This document shows positions 18,960-29,468 of a stretch of 64,000 nucleotides of DNA, piece after piece; within the stretch, counting starts at the first letter, position 1, and each line of letters starts with the position of its first letter. A model generated the notes under the pieces. It was not told the origin of the DNA, did not search any database, and saw only the letters and a list, made by a program, of their open reading frames with translations. The translations under genes were made by a program, and so were the position numbers. Location: NCBI GenBank assembly GCA_964276105.1, contig CAXYEE010000026.1, positions 247-64,246 of the forward strand, in the 5' to 3' direction. Origin of the DNA: an uncultured Gammaproteobacteria bacterium. GTDB lineage: Bacteria > Pseudomonadota > Gammaproteobacteria > Steroidobacterales > Rariloculaceae.

Positions 18960-19395
18960 CCTAGTGCACACTGTTCAGCGAAGTGAACATGTGGCGTATG
19001 AGCCTGACCAGATGTTTGATCTGGTGAATGATATTGCCTCGTATCCAGAATTTCTCCATTGGTGCCAAAGTTCGCATGTTGAAAGAGAAACTGAGATGGA
19101 AATCGTAGCTATGTTGGATGTTGGGCTTGGGGGCTTACGGAAACGCTTTACAACATGTAACTCATTAAAGAGACCTCATCAGATTGATATTGACTTAGTC
19201 GATGGGCCTTTCACGAGTCTTAGCGGTGGGTGGCGTTTTCTGAAACAGAATGAACCTGGGTGCTTAGTTAAAATTGAATTAGCTTTTGATGTTGTAAGAA
19301 CCCCTTTAGATAAAATGTTTGGTTTATTGTTTGAAGAGATTGTTCGTTCCCAGGTTGAAGCGTTCATTAAGAGGGCTAATCAACTTTATGGTTGA
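18952..19395 (+). CDS. ratA: SRPBCC/cyclase-dehydrase family protein RatA (YfjG, ribosome-association / CoQ-binding type)
   Basis: About 145 aa. The start is uncertain: GTG 18952 or GTG 18964. Contains YEPDQMFDLVNDIASYPEFLHWC. It sits in the conserved smpB-ratA-rnfH-bamE neighbourhood and overlaps the rnfH start by 8 nt. Confidence 0.8.
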   Translation: MCDLVHTVQRSEHVAYEPDQMFDLVNDIASYPEFLHWCQSSHVERETEMEIVAMLDVGLGGLRKRFTTCNSLKRPHQIDIDLVDGPFTSLSGGWRFLKQNEPGCLVKIELAFDVVRTPLDKMFGLLFEEIVRSQVEAFIKRANQLYG

Positions 19396-19714
19396 TATAG
19401 ATGTTGTTATGGTTTCGGTGGTTTACGCAACCCCAAGTGATCAATGGGTTGTTAATATTCCTTTATCAGAAAATATGACTGCGCTTGAAGCTGTAAAGCT
19501 TTCAAGGCTGGTTTATGAGCATCCAGAAATCGAACTTCACCCTTTAGTCCTTGGTTTGTTTGGGAAGAAAATAAAAGATGACTATGTGTTGCAGTTAGGA
19601 GATCGAATTGAAATTTGTAGACCATTAATTAGTGATCCTCGGGAAATGCGCCGAAAATTTATTGCTTTAGGCAAGGTTATGGGACAACAAGATAACGATA
19701 CTGAAAGGAGCTAG
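19388..19714 (+). CDS. rnfH: RnfH family protein (YfjF)
   Basis: The track ORF starts at 19319, but the homologous part begins at ATG 19388 (MVDIDVVMVSVVYATPSDQWVVNIPL...GDRIEICRPLISDPREMRRK). Confidence 0.85.
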   Translation: MVDIDVVMVSVVYATPSDQWVVNIPLSENMTALEAVKLSRLVYEHPEIELHPLVLGLFGKKIKDDYVLQLGDRIEICRPLISDPREMRRKFIALGKVMGQQDNDTERS

Positions 19715-19749
19715 GCGCAACTTGATTGTGTTAAAAGTTTTGGTCAGCT

Positions 19750-20103
19750 TTATGAAGTAGGCGTAAGAATTGCATCCCGTTCTATTCGGGTCACCTCATC
19801 ATTCTGAAAAAAGACAATAAACCAACGTCTATCTACATTCGGAGAACGACCACTTTGGAAGTAGTAGGTATAATCCCACCGGTCATGATGAAAGCTATCG
19901 GATACCATTGGTGTTCCGAGAAGAAAGCGGACTTGATTCCTAGTCATACCAATGGCGACTTGTTCTATATTTGATTCGTCAAGTAGATTGCCTTGTTGGA
20001 TATCCATCCTATAGACGCAACTTGCAGAACAAACCATGGCTATTACGAGAACGACTATTTTTAGCATGTTTCTTAAACGATGATGTGTCACTATAGAGTA
20101 CAC
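19750..20103 (-). CDS. bamE: Outer membrane protein assembly factor BamE (SmpA/OmlA)
   Basis: 117 aa with a lipoprotein-type N-terminus (MVCSASC). Contains QQGNLLDESNIEQVAIGMTRNQVRFLLGTPMVSDSFHHDRWDYTY. Confidence 0.85.
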   Translation of the reverse strand: MYSIVTHHRLRNMLKIVVLVIAMVCSASCVYRMDIQQGNLLDESNIEQVAIGMTRNQVRFLLGTPMVSDSFHHDRWDYTYYFQSGRSPNVDRRWFIVFFQNDEVTRIERDAILTPTS

Positions 20104-20116
20104 CTTTGTTCTGGGT

Positions 20117-20140
20117 CATAATGACTCATATCATAATAAT
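20117..20140. promoter_or_regulatory. Candidate Fur box in the bamE/fur divergent intergenic region
   Basis: TCATAATGACTCATATCATAATAAT contains several NATWAT-like hexamers. It gives only about 11/19 matches to GATAATGATAATCATTATC in the best register I could align by eye. Confidence 0.3.
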
Positions 20141-20165
20141 AACCTAATGATTAAAACGGTATAAA

Positions 20166-20573
20166 GTGGAAAGACAAGAACTCGAAAAAGTTGGTTTAAA
20201 AGTTACCTCACCTCGTCTCAAAGTTTTGTCGATCATGGAGTCTAGTGAAGAACGACATTTGAGTGCGGAAGCAATCTATAGAGCGCTATTAGAAAGCGGT
20301 GAGGAGTTCGGATTAGCTACTGTTTACCGTGTTCTTACTCAGTTTGAACATGCTGGGCTCATCACGCGACATAATTTTGATGGTGGAGGAACGTCTGTAT
20401 TTGAGCTGGCTGACCGCACTCATCATGATCATATGGTTTGCTTAGAGACTGGGGATGTTATCGAATTTGTAGAAGATAGAATTGAGCAGTTACAAGCGGA
20501 GATAGCCGAAAAACATGGTTATGTGATTGAAGACCATAGTTTAGTTCTTTATGTCAGGCCGAAAAAATCATAA
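20166..20573 (+). CDS. fur: Ferric uptake regulator Fur
   Basis: 135 aa with LKVTSPRLKVLSIM, GLATVYRVLTQFEHAGLI and HHDHMVCLETGDVIEF. It is the Pseudomonas-type short C-terminus, without the CxxC pair. Confidence 0.92.
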   Translation: MERQELEKVGLKVTSPRLKVLSIMESSEERHLSAEAIYRALLESGEEFGLATVYRVLTQFEHAGLITRHNFDGGGTSVFELADRTHHDHMVCLETGDVIEFVEDRIEQLQAEIAEKHGYVIEDHSLVLYVRPKKS

Positions 20574-20595
20574 TTTAGTATCGTGATATAAAAAT

Positions 20596-20609
20596 AGTAC
20601 GATCGTACT
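20596..20609. terminator. Palindromic stem-loop between convergent fur and recN
   Basis: AGTACGATCGTACT is a perfect 14-nt palindrome, preceded by AAAAAT and followed by CTCTTT. Confidence 0.4.
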
Positions 20610-20627
20610 CTCTTTAAGTTTAATATT

Positions 20628-22301
20628 TTAATGATTGGCTCGTTGAACCATTTCCTCAGCATGTGCCCTGGTTGTATCAGTGATTTCAACCCCTCCTAAC
20701 ATTCTTGATAATTCGTCTACTCGTTCTTTAGATTTCAATATACGAACGTTCGTTCGGGTAGTTTTACCATCTGTGAGTTTATATATTCGAAAGTGATGTA
20801 GGCCTTGACTCGCTACTTGAGGTAAATGTGTAACACAAAGAACTTGTCTTTTCCCTGCTATATCAGAGAGTCTGCGGCCAACAATTTCTGCTATGCCTCC
20901 ACCAATTCCAGAATCTACCTCATCAAAGACAAGTGTTGATACCCCAAGCGTACCCGCGCTCACTACCTCTAATGCCAGGCTGATTCGTGATAACTCTCCG
21001 CCTGAGGCAACTTTAGAAAGTGGGCCGAAGTTTTGCCCAGGATTAAGGGCCACTTGAAATTCAACCCAATCTAATCCTGTGGCATCTGCTTGTTCAATGG
21101 TTTTATCTTTAACAACCACACGGAATCGACCATGCGGTAAACCAAGCTCAAGAATCTGACTGGTTACCGCCTCACTGAGAGATGCAGCATTGTCTATTCT
21201 GATTTTTGTAAGCTGCTTTGCAGTCTTAATGTATAAGTCTCTCGCCTTTGTCACGCTTGTTGATAATGTATCAAGTGAATCAGATGCATTCTTGAGTTTT
21301 TCGGTGTTAGTTTTCAGGTGGTCGAGGAAATCGAATAAATCTTTTCTTTCTATTTTATTTCGCGTTGCTAGCTCTCGCGCTTTTGAGAGTCTAGTATCAA
21401 TCCACTCAAGTCTATGAGGGTCTGGTTCTAAATCATCTCGGTAACGTATCAGTTCTAAAGCAGTCTCACGGATCTGTATTTCTGTTTGATTTAGCTGTTC
21501 TAAAGAATCGGATAGAGAAGAATCTAGCTCTAGAAGACTATCTAAAGAACGATGAGCAGCAGATATTAAGTGATGAGCAGATGATTCATCGCGTTCATAA
21601 ATCTCTTCTAAGATTTTATTTAAAGAGTTAGATAATCTATCTACATGCGCTAAACGATTACGTTCAATCGCAAGCGATTCAACCTCTCCCTCTTTTAAGT
21701 CAAGGATTTCAAGTTGCTCTATTTGAAAGTTTAATAACTCGAGCTTGAGTTGGCGATCATCTTTATCCTGGTTTGCGATATTAAGTTCTGCTTTAAGGCC
21801 TTGCCAGATATTAAAATTTTGTGCGACTTCTTTTGTTAATGAACTCGTGTTGCCATGATCATCAAGAATTTCTCTTTGAGCAGTCCCATGAAGAAGGGAT
21901 TGATGTGCTGTCTGTCCATGAATATTTACTAGAAAAGCGCCCAGTGTTCTTAAGTCTTGTCTAGTGACTGGAGTAGCATTGATAAATGCTCGCGAACGAC
22001 CTTCTGCATAAACAACCCTTCTTAGCAGGCAAGTTTCCTCATTATCTAATCCATGTTCGATCAGCCAGGCCATAGCAGGATGGTCAGTTGAGAATTCAAA
22101 AATAACGCTAATTTCTGCTCGTTCAGCGCCAGAACGCACGGCACTTGCATCGGCTCGATTACCGAGTGCTAACCCTAAGGCATCAACGAGAATGGATTTG
22201 CCGGCACCTGTCTCGCCTGTCATCACGCTTAAACCTGACTGTAGGTCTACCTCTACTTCGTCAATTACCGCATAGTTTTTGACTTTGATCAGTCTGAGCA
22301 T
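20628..22301 (-). CDS. recN: DNA repair protein RecN
   Basis: 557 aa with an N-terminal Walker A (MTGETGAGKSILVDAL), a long coiled-coil, and a C-terminal SGGELSRISLAL and LVFDEVDSGIGG. Confidence 0.95.
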   Translation of the reverse strand: MLRLIKVKNYAVIDEVEVDLQSGLSVMTGETGAGKSILVDALGLALGNRADASAVRSGAERAEISVIFEFSTDHPAMAWLIEHGLDNEETCLLRRVVYAEGRSRAFINATPVTRQDLRTLGAFLVNIHGQTAHQSLLHGTAQREILDDHGNTSSLTKEVAQNFNIWQGLKAELNIANQDKDDRQLKLELLNFQIEQLEILDLKEGEVESLAIERNRLAHVDRLSNSLNKILEEIYERDESSAHHLISAAHRSLDSLLELDSSLSDSLEQLNQTEIQIRETALELIRYRDDLEPDPHRLEWIDTRLSKARELATRNKIERKDLFDFLDHLKTNTEKLKNASDSLDTLSTSVTKARDLYIKTAKQLTKIRIDNAASLSEAVTSQILELGLPHGRFRVVVKDKTIEQADATGLDWVEFQVALNPGQNFGPLSKVASGGELSRISLALEVVSAGTLGVSTLVFDEVDSGIGGGIAEIVGRRLSDIAGKRQVLCVTHLPQVASQGLHHFRIYKLTDGKTTRTNVRILKSKERVDELSRMLGGVEITDTTRAHAEEMVQRANH

Positions 22302-23218
22302 TAATCGCCTGGACCGGAATCCGGTTTTTTCTGAGTCCGATTATTTTGCCCCCAAGATAATTTGGAACGGAGTAGTTCGTAGTAACTATGTCCGCGGGGG
22401 TGCAATAACTGTACGTTTTTCTCCGATATGTTAATAGTCAAGGCTTCCTCTTTACCTATCTCGCCAAGATCCTCTCCATCACAGGCTACTGTTGCCGATT
22501 GGCTTTCTAACCGAGGTTCAATACGTACAACTATTTGACTCGATGATCTTACAACTAAGGGCCTATCTGAAAGCGTATGAGGGGCGATAGGGACAATAAC
22601 AAGTGCGTCAACATCCGGTTGAATGATAGGGCCTCCACAAGACAGTGCGTAGGCAGTCGAGCCAGTTGGAGTTGCAATAATTAGTCCATCTCCACCATGG
22701 GTGTTTACATACTCACCATCCACATAGGTACAAAAGTCCTGCATATGGCCGGTATGGACAGTTTTAAGGGCTACATCATTTAGCGCAAGCATAGGTCCAG
22801 TCGTTTTATTTGAATTTGTGATTTTTGCTTCGAGCATAAGTCGCACTTCGGTGACATAGTCTCCTGAGAGAACAGCGCCTATCGTTTCAGCCATTAGTTC
22901 TGGTGAAACATCAGTAAGGAATCCTAACCTTCCACGGTTGACCCCTAAAAGTGGCACAGAGTACATAGCTGCCCGTCGCGCAGCATGCAGCATGGTGCCG
23001 TCACCACCAACAGCAATAATAAGGTCGGCCTCAGCGCCTAATTGATCAGCAGGCAAGCAAGAGGTACTGCGAAACCCTACAGGGATATTCTCCTGATCAG
23101 GAATTAGAACATCCAGCCCAAGACCCCCTAATTGGGTAAGTATCTCCAGTGCTGGCTCTGCAACCTCTGTTTCTCCAAGGTGACCCCAGAGACCAATTTT
23201 TTTGAACCTAGTAGTCAT
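22301..23218 (-). CDS. nadK: NAD kinase
   Basis: 305 aa with GGDGTMLHAARR, GVNRGRLGFLTD and ATPTGSTAYALSCGGPI. Confidence 0.93.
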   Translation of the reverse strand: MTTRFKKIGLWGHLGETEVAEPALEILTQLGGLGLDVLIPDQENIPVGFRSTSCLPADQLGAEADLIIAVGGDGTMLHAARRAAMYSVPLLGVNRGRLGFLTDVSPELMAETIGAVLSGDYVTEVRLMLEAKITNSNKTTGPMLALNDVALKTVHTGHMQDFCTYVDGEYVNTHGGDGLIIATPTGSTAYALSCGGPIIQPDVDALVIVPIAPHTLSDRPLVVRSSSQIVVRIEPRLESQSATVACDGEDLGEIGKEEALTINISEKNVQLLHPRGHSYYELLRSKLSWGQNNRTQKKPDSGPGD

Positions 23219-23389
23219 ACGGCTTAGATTAGGAACAATTAAAGGTATATTGTACTGAAGTAGCGGCTGCTACGCTTAAAACAAAATAAAGCAATAGGGC
23301 TCAGGGATTCTTGACAGTAGAGCCAGCCGGTTGCTAGCGTCTTTCATAAGAACTTTTGGTGTCTAATTTAATGCTGATTTACTAATGCT

Positions 23390-24433
23390 ATGAGTAAGTT
23401 AACAGAATTTCCAAATGAGCGTGCTCAGCATCTCTTGCGAGCGTTGGTGAACCGGTATATACAAGATGGACAGCCTGTTGGGTCACGTACACTTTCTCAG
23501 CACTCTGGATTAGATGTTAGTCCCGCAACTATCCGAAATGTCATGTCTGATCTTGAAGAACTGGGCTTTGTTACTGCGCCCCATACATCTGCGGGCCGTA
23601 TCCCTACAATAAAGGGTTACAGATTTTTTGTAGATACATTAGTGAAGCTTTGTCCCCCAAACGATGAGGAGTTAGTTCAGCTTGAGGATGTTTTGAGAGA
23701 AAGCGACCCTCAGTCATTAGCATTATCAACGTCTAATTTGCTCTCTGCGGTGACTAAATTAGCAGGTGTGGTAACTCTCCCGCGCCGGTCTTATATTGCG
23801 TTACGTCAGATAGAGTTCCTGCCTCTTTCGGAGCGTCGTGTTCTTGCAATCCTCGTCCTGAATGACAGAGATGTACAAAATAAAATTTTACATATTGATC
23901 GAGATTTTACAGAAGAGGAGTTGCGTCGCGCTGGCAACTATCTTACAGAACAGTTCAGAGGGTGTGAGATTAATAAGGTAAGAGATAGGTTGCTGAAGGA
24001 ACTACATGAAACTCGAGAGAATATGAATTCTCTTATGATTGATGCTCTAGAAATTGCCCAGCAAGCTTTTCCCTCTGAATCTCAAGAAGGTGAGTTTATT
24101 GTTGCTGGAGAGACGAATCTGATGGGGTTGGAAGGCTTAGGCGATATGGGAACTTTAAAGCGACTTTTTGAGGCTTTTGTTGGCCAACAGGATCTTCTTC
24201 ACTTGCTTGATCAGACCTTAAATGCACATGGAGTTCAAATATATATAGGTAAGGAGTCAGGATACCAACTCCTAGATGAGTGCAGTATTGTGGCTGCACC
24301 TTATATTACCGAAGACGATACTATGGGCGTACTTGGTGTTATAGGGCCTACGCGTATGGCTTATGAACGAGTTATACCTATTGTAGATATCACAGCTAAG
24401 CTACTCGGTAGTGCCTTGAAGAATAAAAACTAG
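23390..24433 (+). CDS. hrcA: Heat-inducible transcription repressor HrcA
   Basis: 347 aa with ERAQHLLRALVNRYIQDGQPVGSRTL...VSPATIRNVMSDLEELGFVTAPHTSAGRIPT. It lies upstream of grpE-dnaK-dnaJ. Confidence 0.93.
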   Translation: MSKLTEFPNERAQHLLRALVNRYIQDGQPVGSRTLSQHSGLDVSPATIRNVMSDLEELGFVTAPHTSAGRIPTIKGYRFFVDTLVKLCPPNDEELVQLEDVLRESDPQSLALSTSNLLSAVTKLAGVVTLPRRSYIALRQIEFLPLSERRVLAILVLNDRDVQNKILHIDRDFTEEELRRAGNYLTEQFRGCEINKVRDRLLKELHETRENMNSLMIDALEIAQQAFPSESQEGEFIVAGETNLMGLEGLGDMGTLKRLFEAFVGQQDLLHLLDQTLNAHGVQIYIGKESGYQLLDECSIVAAPYITEDDTMGVLGVIGPTRMAYERVIPIVDITAKLLGSALKNKN

Positions 24434-24511
24434 GCCGCATATTTCCATCAAGATATCAGATCTTGGTCTGATGGATGCCGAGAAGCTGTGGTTTTATAGA
24501 GGGAATAATGG

Positions 24512-25105
24512 ATGACTCAGGATTCTAGTGATGATGCTCAGGAACATTCTTTGGATGAGTCTGGTGAGACAAATGACCTTCAGAGTAGTAGTGCATCAAA
24601 TGAAGATGTCAAACAGGAAAAAAATGATTCTGATAAGTCAGAAGATATTGATGAACTAGATCTTTGTCGTAGCCAAGCAGCCGAGAGTCATGATAAGTAT
24701 GTTCGCATTGTGGCAGAGTTGGAAAATTATAGAAGACGTGCCGGTCGTGATATTGAAAATGCTCGTCTCTATGGAGTTGAACGTCTTGTACAAGCTCTCT
24801 TGCCTGTCAGGGATAGTTTAGAAGCTGGAGTTGCTGTTGAACAAATAGATGAAGAGGTGCTTTTGGAGGGGAAGAAAGCCACATTGAGACTATTAGATTC
24901 TGCATTCGAACAGTTTGGCATTAAAGAGTTAGATCCGGAAGCAGAACCCTTTGATCCTAGTAAGCATGAAGCAATAACACTAGCATCTTCTAATAAAGTA
25001 GAACCTGATACCGTATTGACGGTGGTTCAGAAAGGGTATGTTATGCATGAAAGGCTTCTGCGCCCAGCTCGGGTAATCGTGTCTAAGGAGCCTGATGATG
25101 ACTAA
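24512..25105 (+). CDS. grpE: Nucleotide exchange factor GrpE
   Basis: 197 aa with an acidic N-terminus. Contains YVRIVAELENYRRRAGRDIENARLYG and a C-terminal GYVMHERLLRPARVIVS. Confidence 0.95.
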   Translation: MTQDSSDDAQEHSLDESGETNDLQSSSASNEDVKQEKNDSDKSEDIDELDLCRSQAAESHDKYVRIVAELENYRRRAGRDIENARLYGVERLVQALLPVRDSLEAGVAVEQIDEEVLLEGKKATLRLLDSAFEQFGIKELDPEAEPFDPSKHEAITLASSNKVEPDTVLTVVQKGYVMHERLLRPARVIVSKEPDDD

Positions 25106-25139
25106 ACTTGAGACTAAGTAGTCGAGAGCATTCTCAATA

Positions 25140-25170
25140 CCCTTGAATTGGGTTAAAAATCCCCCATTTA
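25140..25170 (+). promoter_or_regulatory. Sigma-32 (RpoH) type heat-shock promoter upstream of dnaK
   Basis: CCCTTGAA (25140-25147), a 14-nt spacer, then CCCCATTTA (25162-25170). This matches the consensus CCCTTGAA-N13-15-CCCCATNTA and lies about 40 nt upstream of the dnaK ATG. Confidence 0.65.
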
Positions 25171-25211
25171 CATGCTAGTACTTAATTGAAGCTATTGGGA
25201 GAACTATAGCT

Positions 25212-27140
25212 ATGGGACGTGTGATTGGTATAGATTTAGGCACAACCAATTCTTGTGTTGCTGTTATAGATGGTGACCAGACTAGGGTTATCGAAAATAG
25301 CGAGGGAGATCGCACCACACCCTCCGTCGTGGCTTTTGGTAAAGACGATGAGGTCCTTGTAGGTCAAACAGCTAAACGTCAAGCAGTTACCAACCCGACC
25401 AATACTTTATTTGCTATTAAGCGTCTGATTGGTCGTCGATATGAAGACGATGTTGTTCAGAAAGATGTTGGAATGGTTTCTTACAGTATTGTGAAGGCAG
25501 ACAATGGTGATGCATGGGTTTCTGCTAATGACAAAAGCATGTCTCCACCTGAGATTTCTGCACGTGTACTGGGCAAGATGAAACAGACGGCAGAGGATTA
25601 TTTGGGCGAGTCAGTGACGGATGCAGTGATAACTGTGCCCGCATATTTTAATGATTCACAGCGCCAGGCAACCAAGGATGCAGGGCGGATTGCTGGATTA
25701 AACGTTAAACGAATCATAAACGAACCAACTGCAGCAGCATTGGCTTATGGGCTAGATAAAAAACGTGGTGATAGAAGAATTTCAGTGTATGACCTTGGTG
25801 GCGGTACTTTTGATGTCTCTATTATAGAGATTGCGGAGGTTGATGGAGAACATCAGTTTGAAGTGCTTGCTACAAACGGTGATACCTTCCTAGGCGGCGA
25901 GGATTTTGATAAAAGGATTATTGATTATCTGTCTAAGGAGTTTGAGAGAGAGAGTGGAATTGATATTCGTAAAGATCCGATGGCTATGCAGCGACTTAAG
26001 GAGGCTGCTGAGAAGGCTAAGATTGAATTATCCTCTAAGCAACAGACTGAGGTTAATCTTCCATATATAACTGCGGATTCTGCTGGTCCAAAGCATCTTA
26101 ATATCAACCTTACTCGTGCAAAGATGGAGTCACTTGTTGAGGACTTGGTTGCAAGGACGCTTCGTCCTTGTAAGACGGCGCTGAAAGATGCGGGACTGCA
26201 AGTTTCAGATATAGATGACGTGATCTTGGTGGGTGGGCAGTCGCGTATGCCTAAAGTTCAATCTGAGGTTGAAAGCTTTTTTGGCAAAGAGCCGCGTAGA
26301 GATGTTAACCCAGATGAAGCCGTTGCTATGGGAGCTGCGATCCAAGGTGGAGTCCTATCAGGTGATGTTAAAGATGTTCTTTTATTAGATGTAACACCTC
26401 TATCACTAGGTATCGAAACCTTAGGTAGGGTTATGACTCGATTAATTGAGAAGAATACAACAATTCCAACCAAGGCAAATCAGGTTTTTTCAACGGCTGA
26501 AGACAATCAAACAGCAGTTACAATTCATGTTCTTCAAGGCGAAAGAGAGCGAGCAGATGACAATAAGTCACTAGGTCGATTTGATTTGACTGATATTCCT
26601 CCTTCGCCAAGAGGTATGCCTCAAGTTGATGTAACGTTTGATATTGATGCAAATGGCATACTTAATGTTTCTGCTAAGGATAAGGCGACTGGTAAGGAGC
26701 AGAAGATTGTTATTAAGGCCTCTTCTGGACTTAGCGATGATGAGATTACCCAAATGGTTGCGGACGCTGAGGCACATGCAGCAGAGGACCAAAAGTTTAG
26801 GGAGCTCGTAGAAGTTCGAAACCAGGGTGATGCGCTTGTTCATGCAACAGAAAAAATGTTGGACGAGTTAGGAGAAAAAGCTGAAGCTGATGAGCGTGCT
26901 CGTATTGAGTCCGCAACATCCGATCTAAAGGAAGCTGTAGTTGGTGATAACAAGGAAGTAATTGAAGCTAAAATTAAGACTCTAAGTGAGGTTTCAGCTA
27001 CTTTGGCTCAAAAGCTTTATGCAGAGAGTAATGAGAATGACACTCAGCCATCCGAAGCTGATAAAGACAATGAAAATGTTGTCGATGCAGATTTTGAAGA
27101 GATTGAGAGTAACGAAGACGACGAGAAAAAGAGTGCCTGA
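25212..27140 (+). CDS. dnaK: Molecular chaperone DnaK (Hsp70)
   Basis: 642 aa with [24 protein letters not shown] and [13 protein letters not shown]. Confidence 0.98.
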   Translation: MGRVIGIDLGTTNSCVAVIDGDQTRVIENSEGDRTTPSVVAFGKDDEVLVGQTAKRQAVTNPTNTLFAIKRLIGRRYEDDVVQKDVGMVSYSIVKADNGDAWVSANDKSMSPPEISARVLGKMKQTAEDYLGESVTDAVITVPAYFNDSQRQATKDAGRIAGLNVKRIINEPTAAALAYGLDKKRGDRRISVYDLGGGTFDVSIIEIAEVDGEHQFEVLATNGDTFLGGEDFDKRIIDYLSKEFERESGIDIRKDPMAMQRLKEAAEKAKIELSSKQQTEVNLPYITADSAGPKHLNINLTRAKMESLVEDLVARTLRPCKTALKDAGLQVSDIDDVILVGGQSRMPKVQSEVESFFGKEPRRDVNPDEAVAMGAAIQGGVLSGDVKDVLLLDVTPLSLGIETLGRVMTRLIEKNTTIPTKANQVFSTAEDNQTAVTIHVLQGERERADDNKSLGRFDLTDIPPSPRGMPQVDVTFDIDANGILNVSAKDKATGKEQKIVIKASSGLSDDEITQMVADAEAHAAEDQKFRELVEVRNQGDALVHATEKMLDELGEKAEADERARIESATSDLKEAVVGDNKEVIEAKIKTLSEVSATLAQKLYAESNENDTQPSEADKDNENVVDADFEEIESNEDDEKKSA

Positions 27141-27252
27141 CTCGTGCTTATTAAAAAAGAAATCACTAACTCATTGGCAATCCATATGGCTTTTTGTCTG
27201 GCTGGTTAGTTTGTTGCCTATTGATGCAAAGTGCGCTTTTAGGGATTAAGAA

Positions 27253-28383
27253 ATGTCCAAACGGGACTACTATGAAACCTTAGGGTGCGGTAGAGATGTC
27301 GATAAGGGTGGTTTGAAAAAAGCCTATCGACGTTTAGCTATGAAGCATCATCCAGATCGAAACCCTGATGACCCCGAAGCCGAAGTTCTCTTCAAAGAGG
27401 CAAAAGAGGCCTATGAAGTCCTTTCTGATAGTAATAAGCGTGCAGCTTATGATCAGTTTGGTCATGCTGGGGTTGAAGCAGGTCAAGCGGGCAGTGGTTT
27501 TGGTGCAGGAAGTGATTCATTTGGCGATATTTTTGGCGATGTTTTTGGTGATATTTTTGGGGGAAACCGTGGAGGTCGTGCACAAGTTTTTCGTGGAGCA
27601 GATCTTCGCTATGAATTGTCTTTATCATTAGAGCAAGCAGTTGCTGGTGATTCAGTTAACATCGATGTGCCAACTCAGGTTGAATGCGATGACTGCGATG
27701 GTGATGGAGCAGAACCAGGAACTGAGCCAACTTCTTGCTCAACGTGTAACGGAGTGGGCCAGGTTCGTGTACAGCAAGGGTTTTTCTCTGTTCAGCAGAC
27801 CTGTCCAAATTGTAGAGGGCTAGGCAAGATTATTACTACGCCCTGTAGTGCTTGTTCTGGTCGTGGACGTACTAGTAAAGTAAAGACTTTGGCTGTCCAG
27901 GTTCCAGCTGGTGTGGACGATGGGAACCGTATTAGACTTTCACAGGAAGGTGAGGCTGGACGTAATGGTGGCCCATCTGGTGATTTATACGTTGATATTA
28001 ATGTTAAACCACACACGATTTTTGAACGAGACGGGAGCAGTTTAAGTTGTAATGTTCCAATTAGCTTTGCATCAGCGGTCTTGGGTAGTTCGGTGGAAGT
28101 TCCCACATTAGACGGGCAAGTAGCATTAAAAATACCTCCGGAGACACAATCAGGTGATATTTTCCGGTTGCGAGGGAAAGGTGTTCGGCAAGTTCGTTCA
28201 ACTGGCGTGGGTGATCTTTTCTGTACCGTACAGATAGAGACACCAGTGAAACTAACTGATGATCAAAAAAACATGCTAGAGCAATTTGATGCTTCTCTTC
28301 AGACGGGTGGTTCACGACATAGTCCACGAGCTCGCTCATGGTTAGATGGTGTTAAACAATTCTTTGAGCGAATGGGGGCATAG
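27253..28383 (+). CDS. dnaJ: Molecular chaperone DnaJ
   Basis: 376 aa with a J-domain (HPD: KHHPDRNP), a G/F-rich linker and four CxxCxGxG zinc-finger repeats. Confidence 0.97.
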   Translation: MSKRDYYETLGCGRDVDKGGLKKAYRRLAMKHHPDRNPDDPEAEVLFKEAKEAYEVLSDSNKRAAYDQFGHAGVEAGQAGSGFGAGSDSFGDIFGDVFGDIFGGNRGGRAQVFRGADLRYELSLSLEQAVAGDSVNIDVPTQVECDDCDGDGAEPGTEPTSCSTCNGVGQVRVQQGFFSVQQTCPNCRGLGKIITTPCSACSGRGRTSKVKTLAVQVPAGVDDGNRIRLSQEGEAGRNGGPSGDLYVDINVKPHTIFERDGSSLSCNVPISFASAVLGSSVEVPTLDGQVALKIPPETQSGDIFRLRGKGVRQVRSTGVGDLFCTVQIETPVKLTDDQKNMLEQFDASLQTGGSRHSPRARSWLDGVKQFFERMGA

Positions 28384-28386
28384 CTC

Positions 28387-29187
28387 ATGTTAAAAATCGT
28401 AGTTCTTGGGGCGTCTGGTCGAATGGGCCAGTCGGTTTTGAGGTGTATTAAGCAATCAGCAGATATAGAAATAGTTGGTGCTGTTACCGAGCCTGATGAT
28501 GCTGCTATGGGTAGTGATGTGGGAGAGGTTTGTGGGATTGGCCCATTAAATGTTTTCCTGACTGATGACTGTGAGGACGCCTTAAGCAATGCTCAGGTTG
28601 CTATTGATTTTACTTTGCCTTCTGCAACCAAAGAAAATATTAGGGCCTGCACAGCAACGGATACGGCGCTAGTAATAGGTACTACTGGTCTAGGGAGCAA
28701 AGAGATTGAGTTTCTTGAGTCGGGAGCAAAAAAAATCCCTTTGTTATATGGGCGAAACATGAGTGTTGGTATGAATGTTTTTATGGATCTTGTCAGTCGT
28801 ACTACAAAATCATTAGGTATTGACTATGATGTTGAGATAACTGAAGCCCATCATCGGCGTAAAGTGGATTCTCCATCTGGGACAGCAATTGCACTTGGCG
28901 AATTGATTGCAGAGACAAGGGGGGATGAGCTAAGTGATGTCGCAGTATATGACCGTCATGGTGATATAGGTGCGAGGACTCCTGGTTCCATTGGGTTTTC
29001 CGTTGTTCGTGCCGGCAACATTGTTGGTGATCACACCGTATTATTTGGCGGTCCGGAGGAGTGCATTGAGCTTACTCACCGAGCAGTTGATCGAATGGCT
29101 TTTGCGCATGGAGCAGTTCGAGCAGCAAGGTGGTTAGCTGGGCGTAAGGCGGGGTTATATACGATGGCTAACGTATTAGATCTTTAG
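28387..29187 (+). CDS. dapB: 4-hydroxy-tetrahydrodipicolinate reductase
   Basis: 266 aa with VVLGASGRMGQ and EITEAHHRRKVDSPSGTA. Confidence 0.95.
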   Translation: MLKIVVLGASGRMGQSVLRCIKQSADIEIVGAVTEPDDAAMGSDVGEVCGIGPLNVFLTDDCEDALSNAQVAIDFTLPSATKENIRACTATDTALVIGTTGLGSKEIEFLESGAKKIPLLYGRNMSVGMNVFMDLVSRTTKSLGIDYDVEITEAHHRRKVDSPSGTAIALGELIAETRGDELSDVAVYDRHGDIGARTPGSIGFSVVRAGNIVGDHTVLFGGPEECIELTHRAVDRMAFAHGAVRAARWLAGRKAGLYTMANVLDL

Positions 29188-29468
29188 TCGAATAAGCGAA
29201 AGTTTCCTGCTTATAAGCATTTCCTGCTATTTAAAGCGAGTCAGATGATAGTGGTTGATTTAAAGTTCATTTTAAAAAGGATTTTATAAAGAACAAGTGA
29301 CTTATATTTATCGTCATTTTTTTATGAGTATGTCCTTCCATGCGACAAGGCTTTACAATCTATTTCTGAGACTCCCTAGTTCATAGGGTATATGCGGGAT
29401 TGGCTGCACGCCTTGTGGCTGTTCTGTTTCGTTTATACAAGGCGCAGAAATAAAATCAGGAGCTCAGG

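Noticed and set aside
18952-19714. ratA-rnfH as a mobile toxin-antitoxin or defence-type cassette
   Set aside because: This pair sits in the conserved smpB-ratA-rnfH-bamE housekeeping neighbourhood seen widely in gammaproteobacteria. Nothing here suggests an accessory TA module.
23219-23389. CIRCE operator or sigma-32 promoter upstream of hrcA
   Set aside because: CTTGACA followed by GCTAGCG gave no convincing match to CIRCE or to the CCCCATNT -10 element, so it was not called.
29188-29468. Pyrimidine-responsive leader or attenuator with a 20-codon ORF (ATGAGTATGTCC...) between dapB and carA
   Set aside because: The 280-nt gap and a T-tract are suggestive. However, I could not identify a convincing terminator/antiterminator pair or a conserved leader peptide from the sequence alone.
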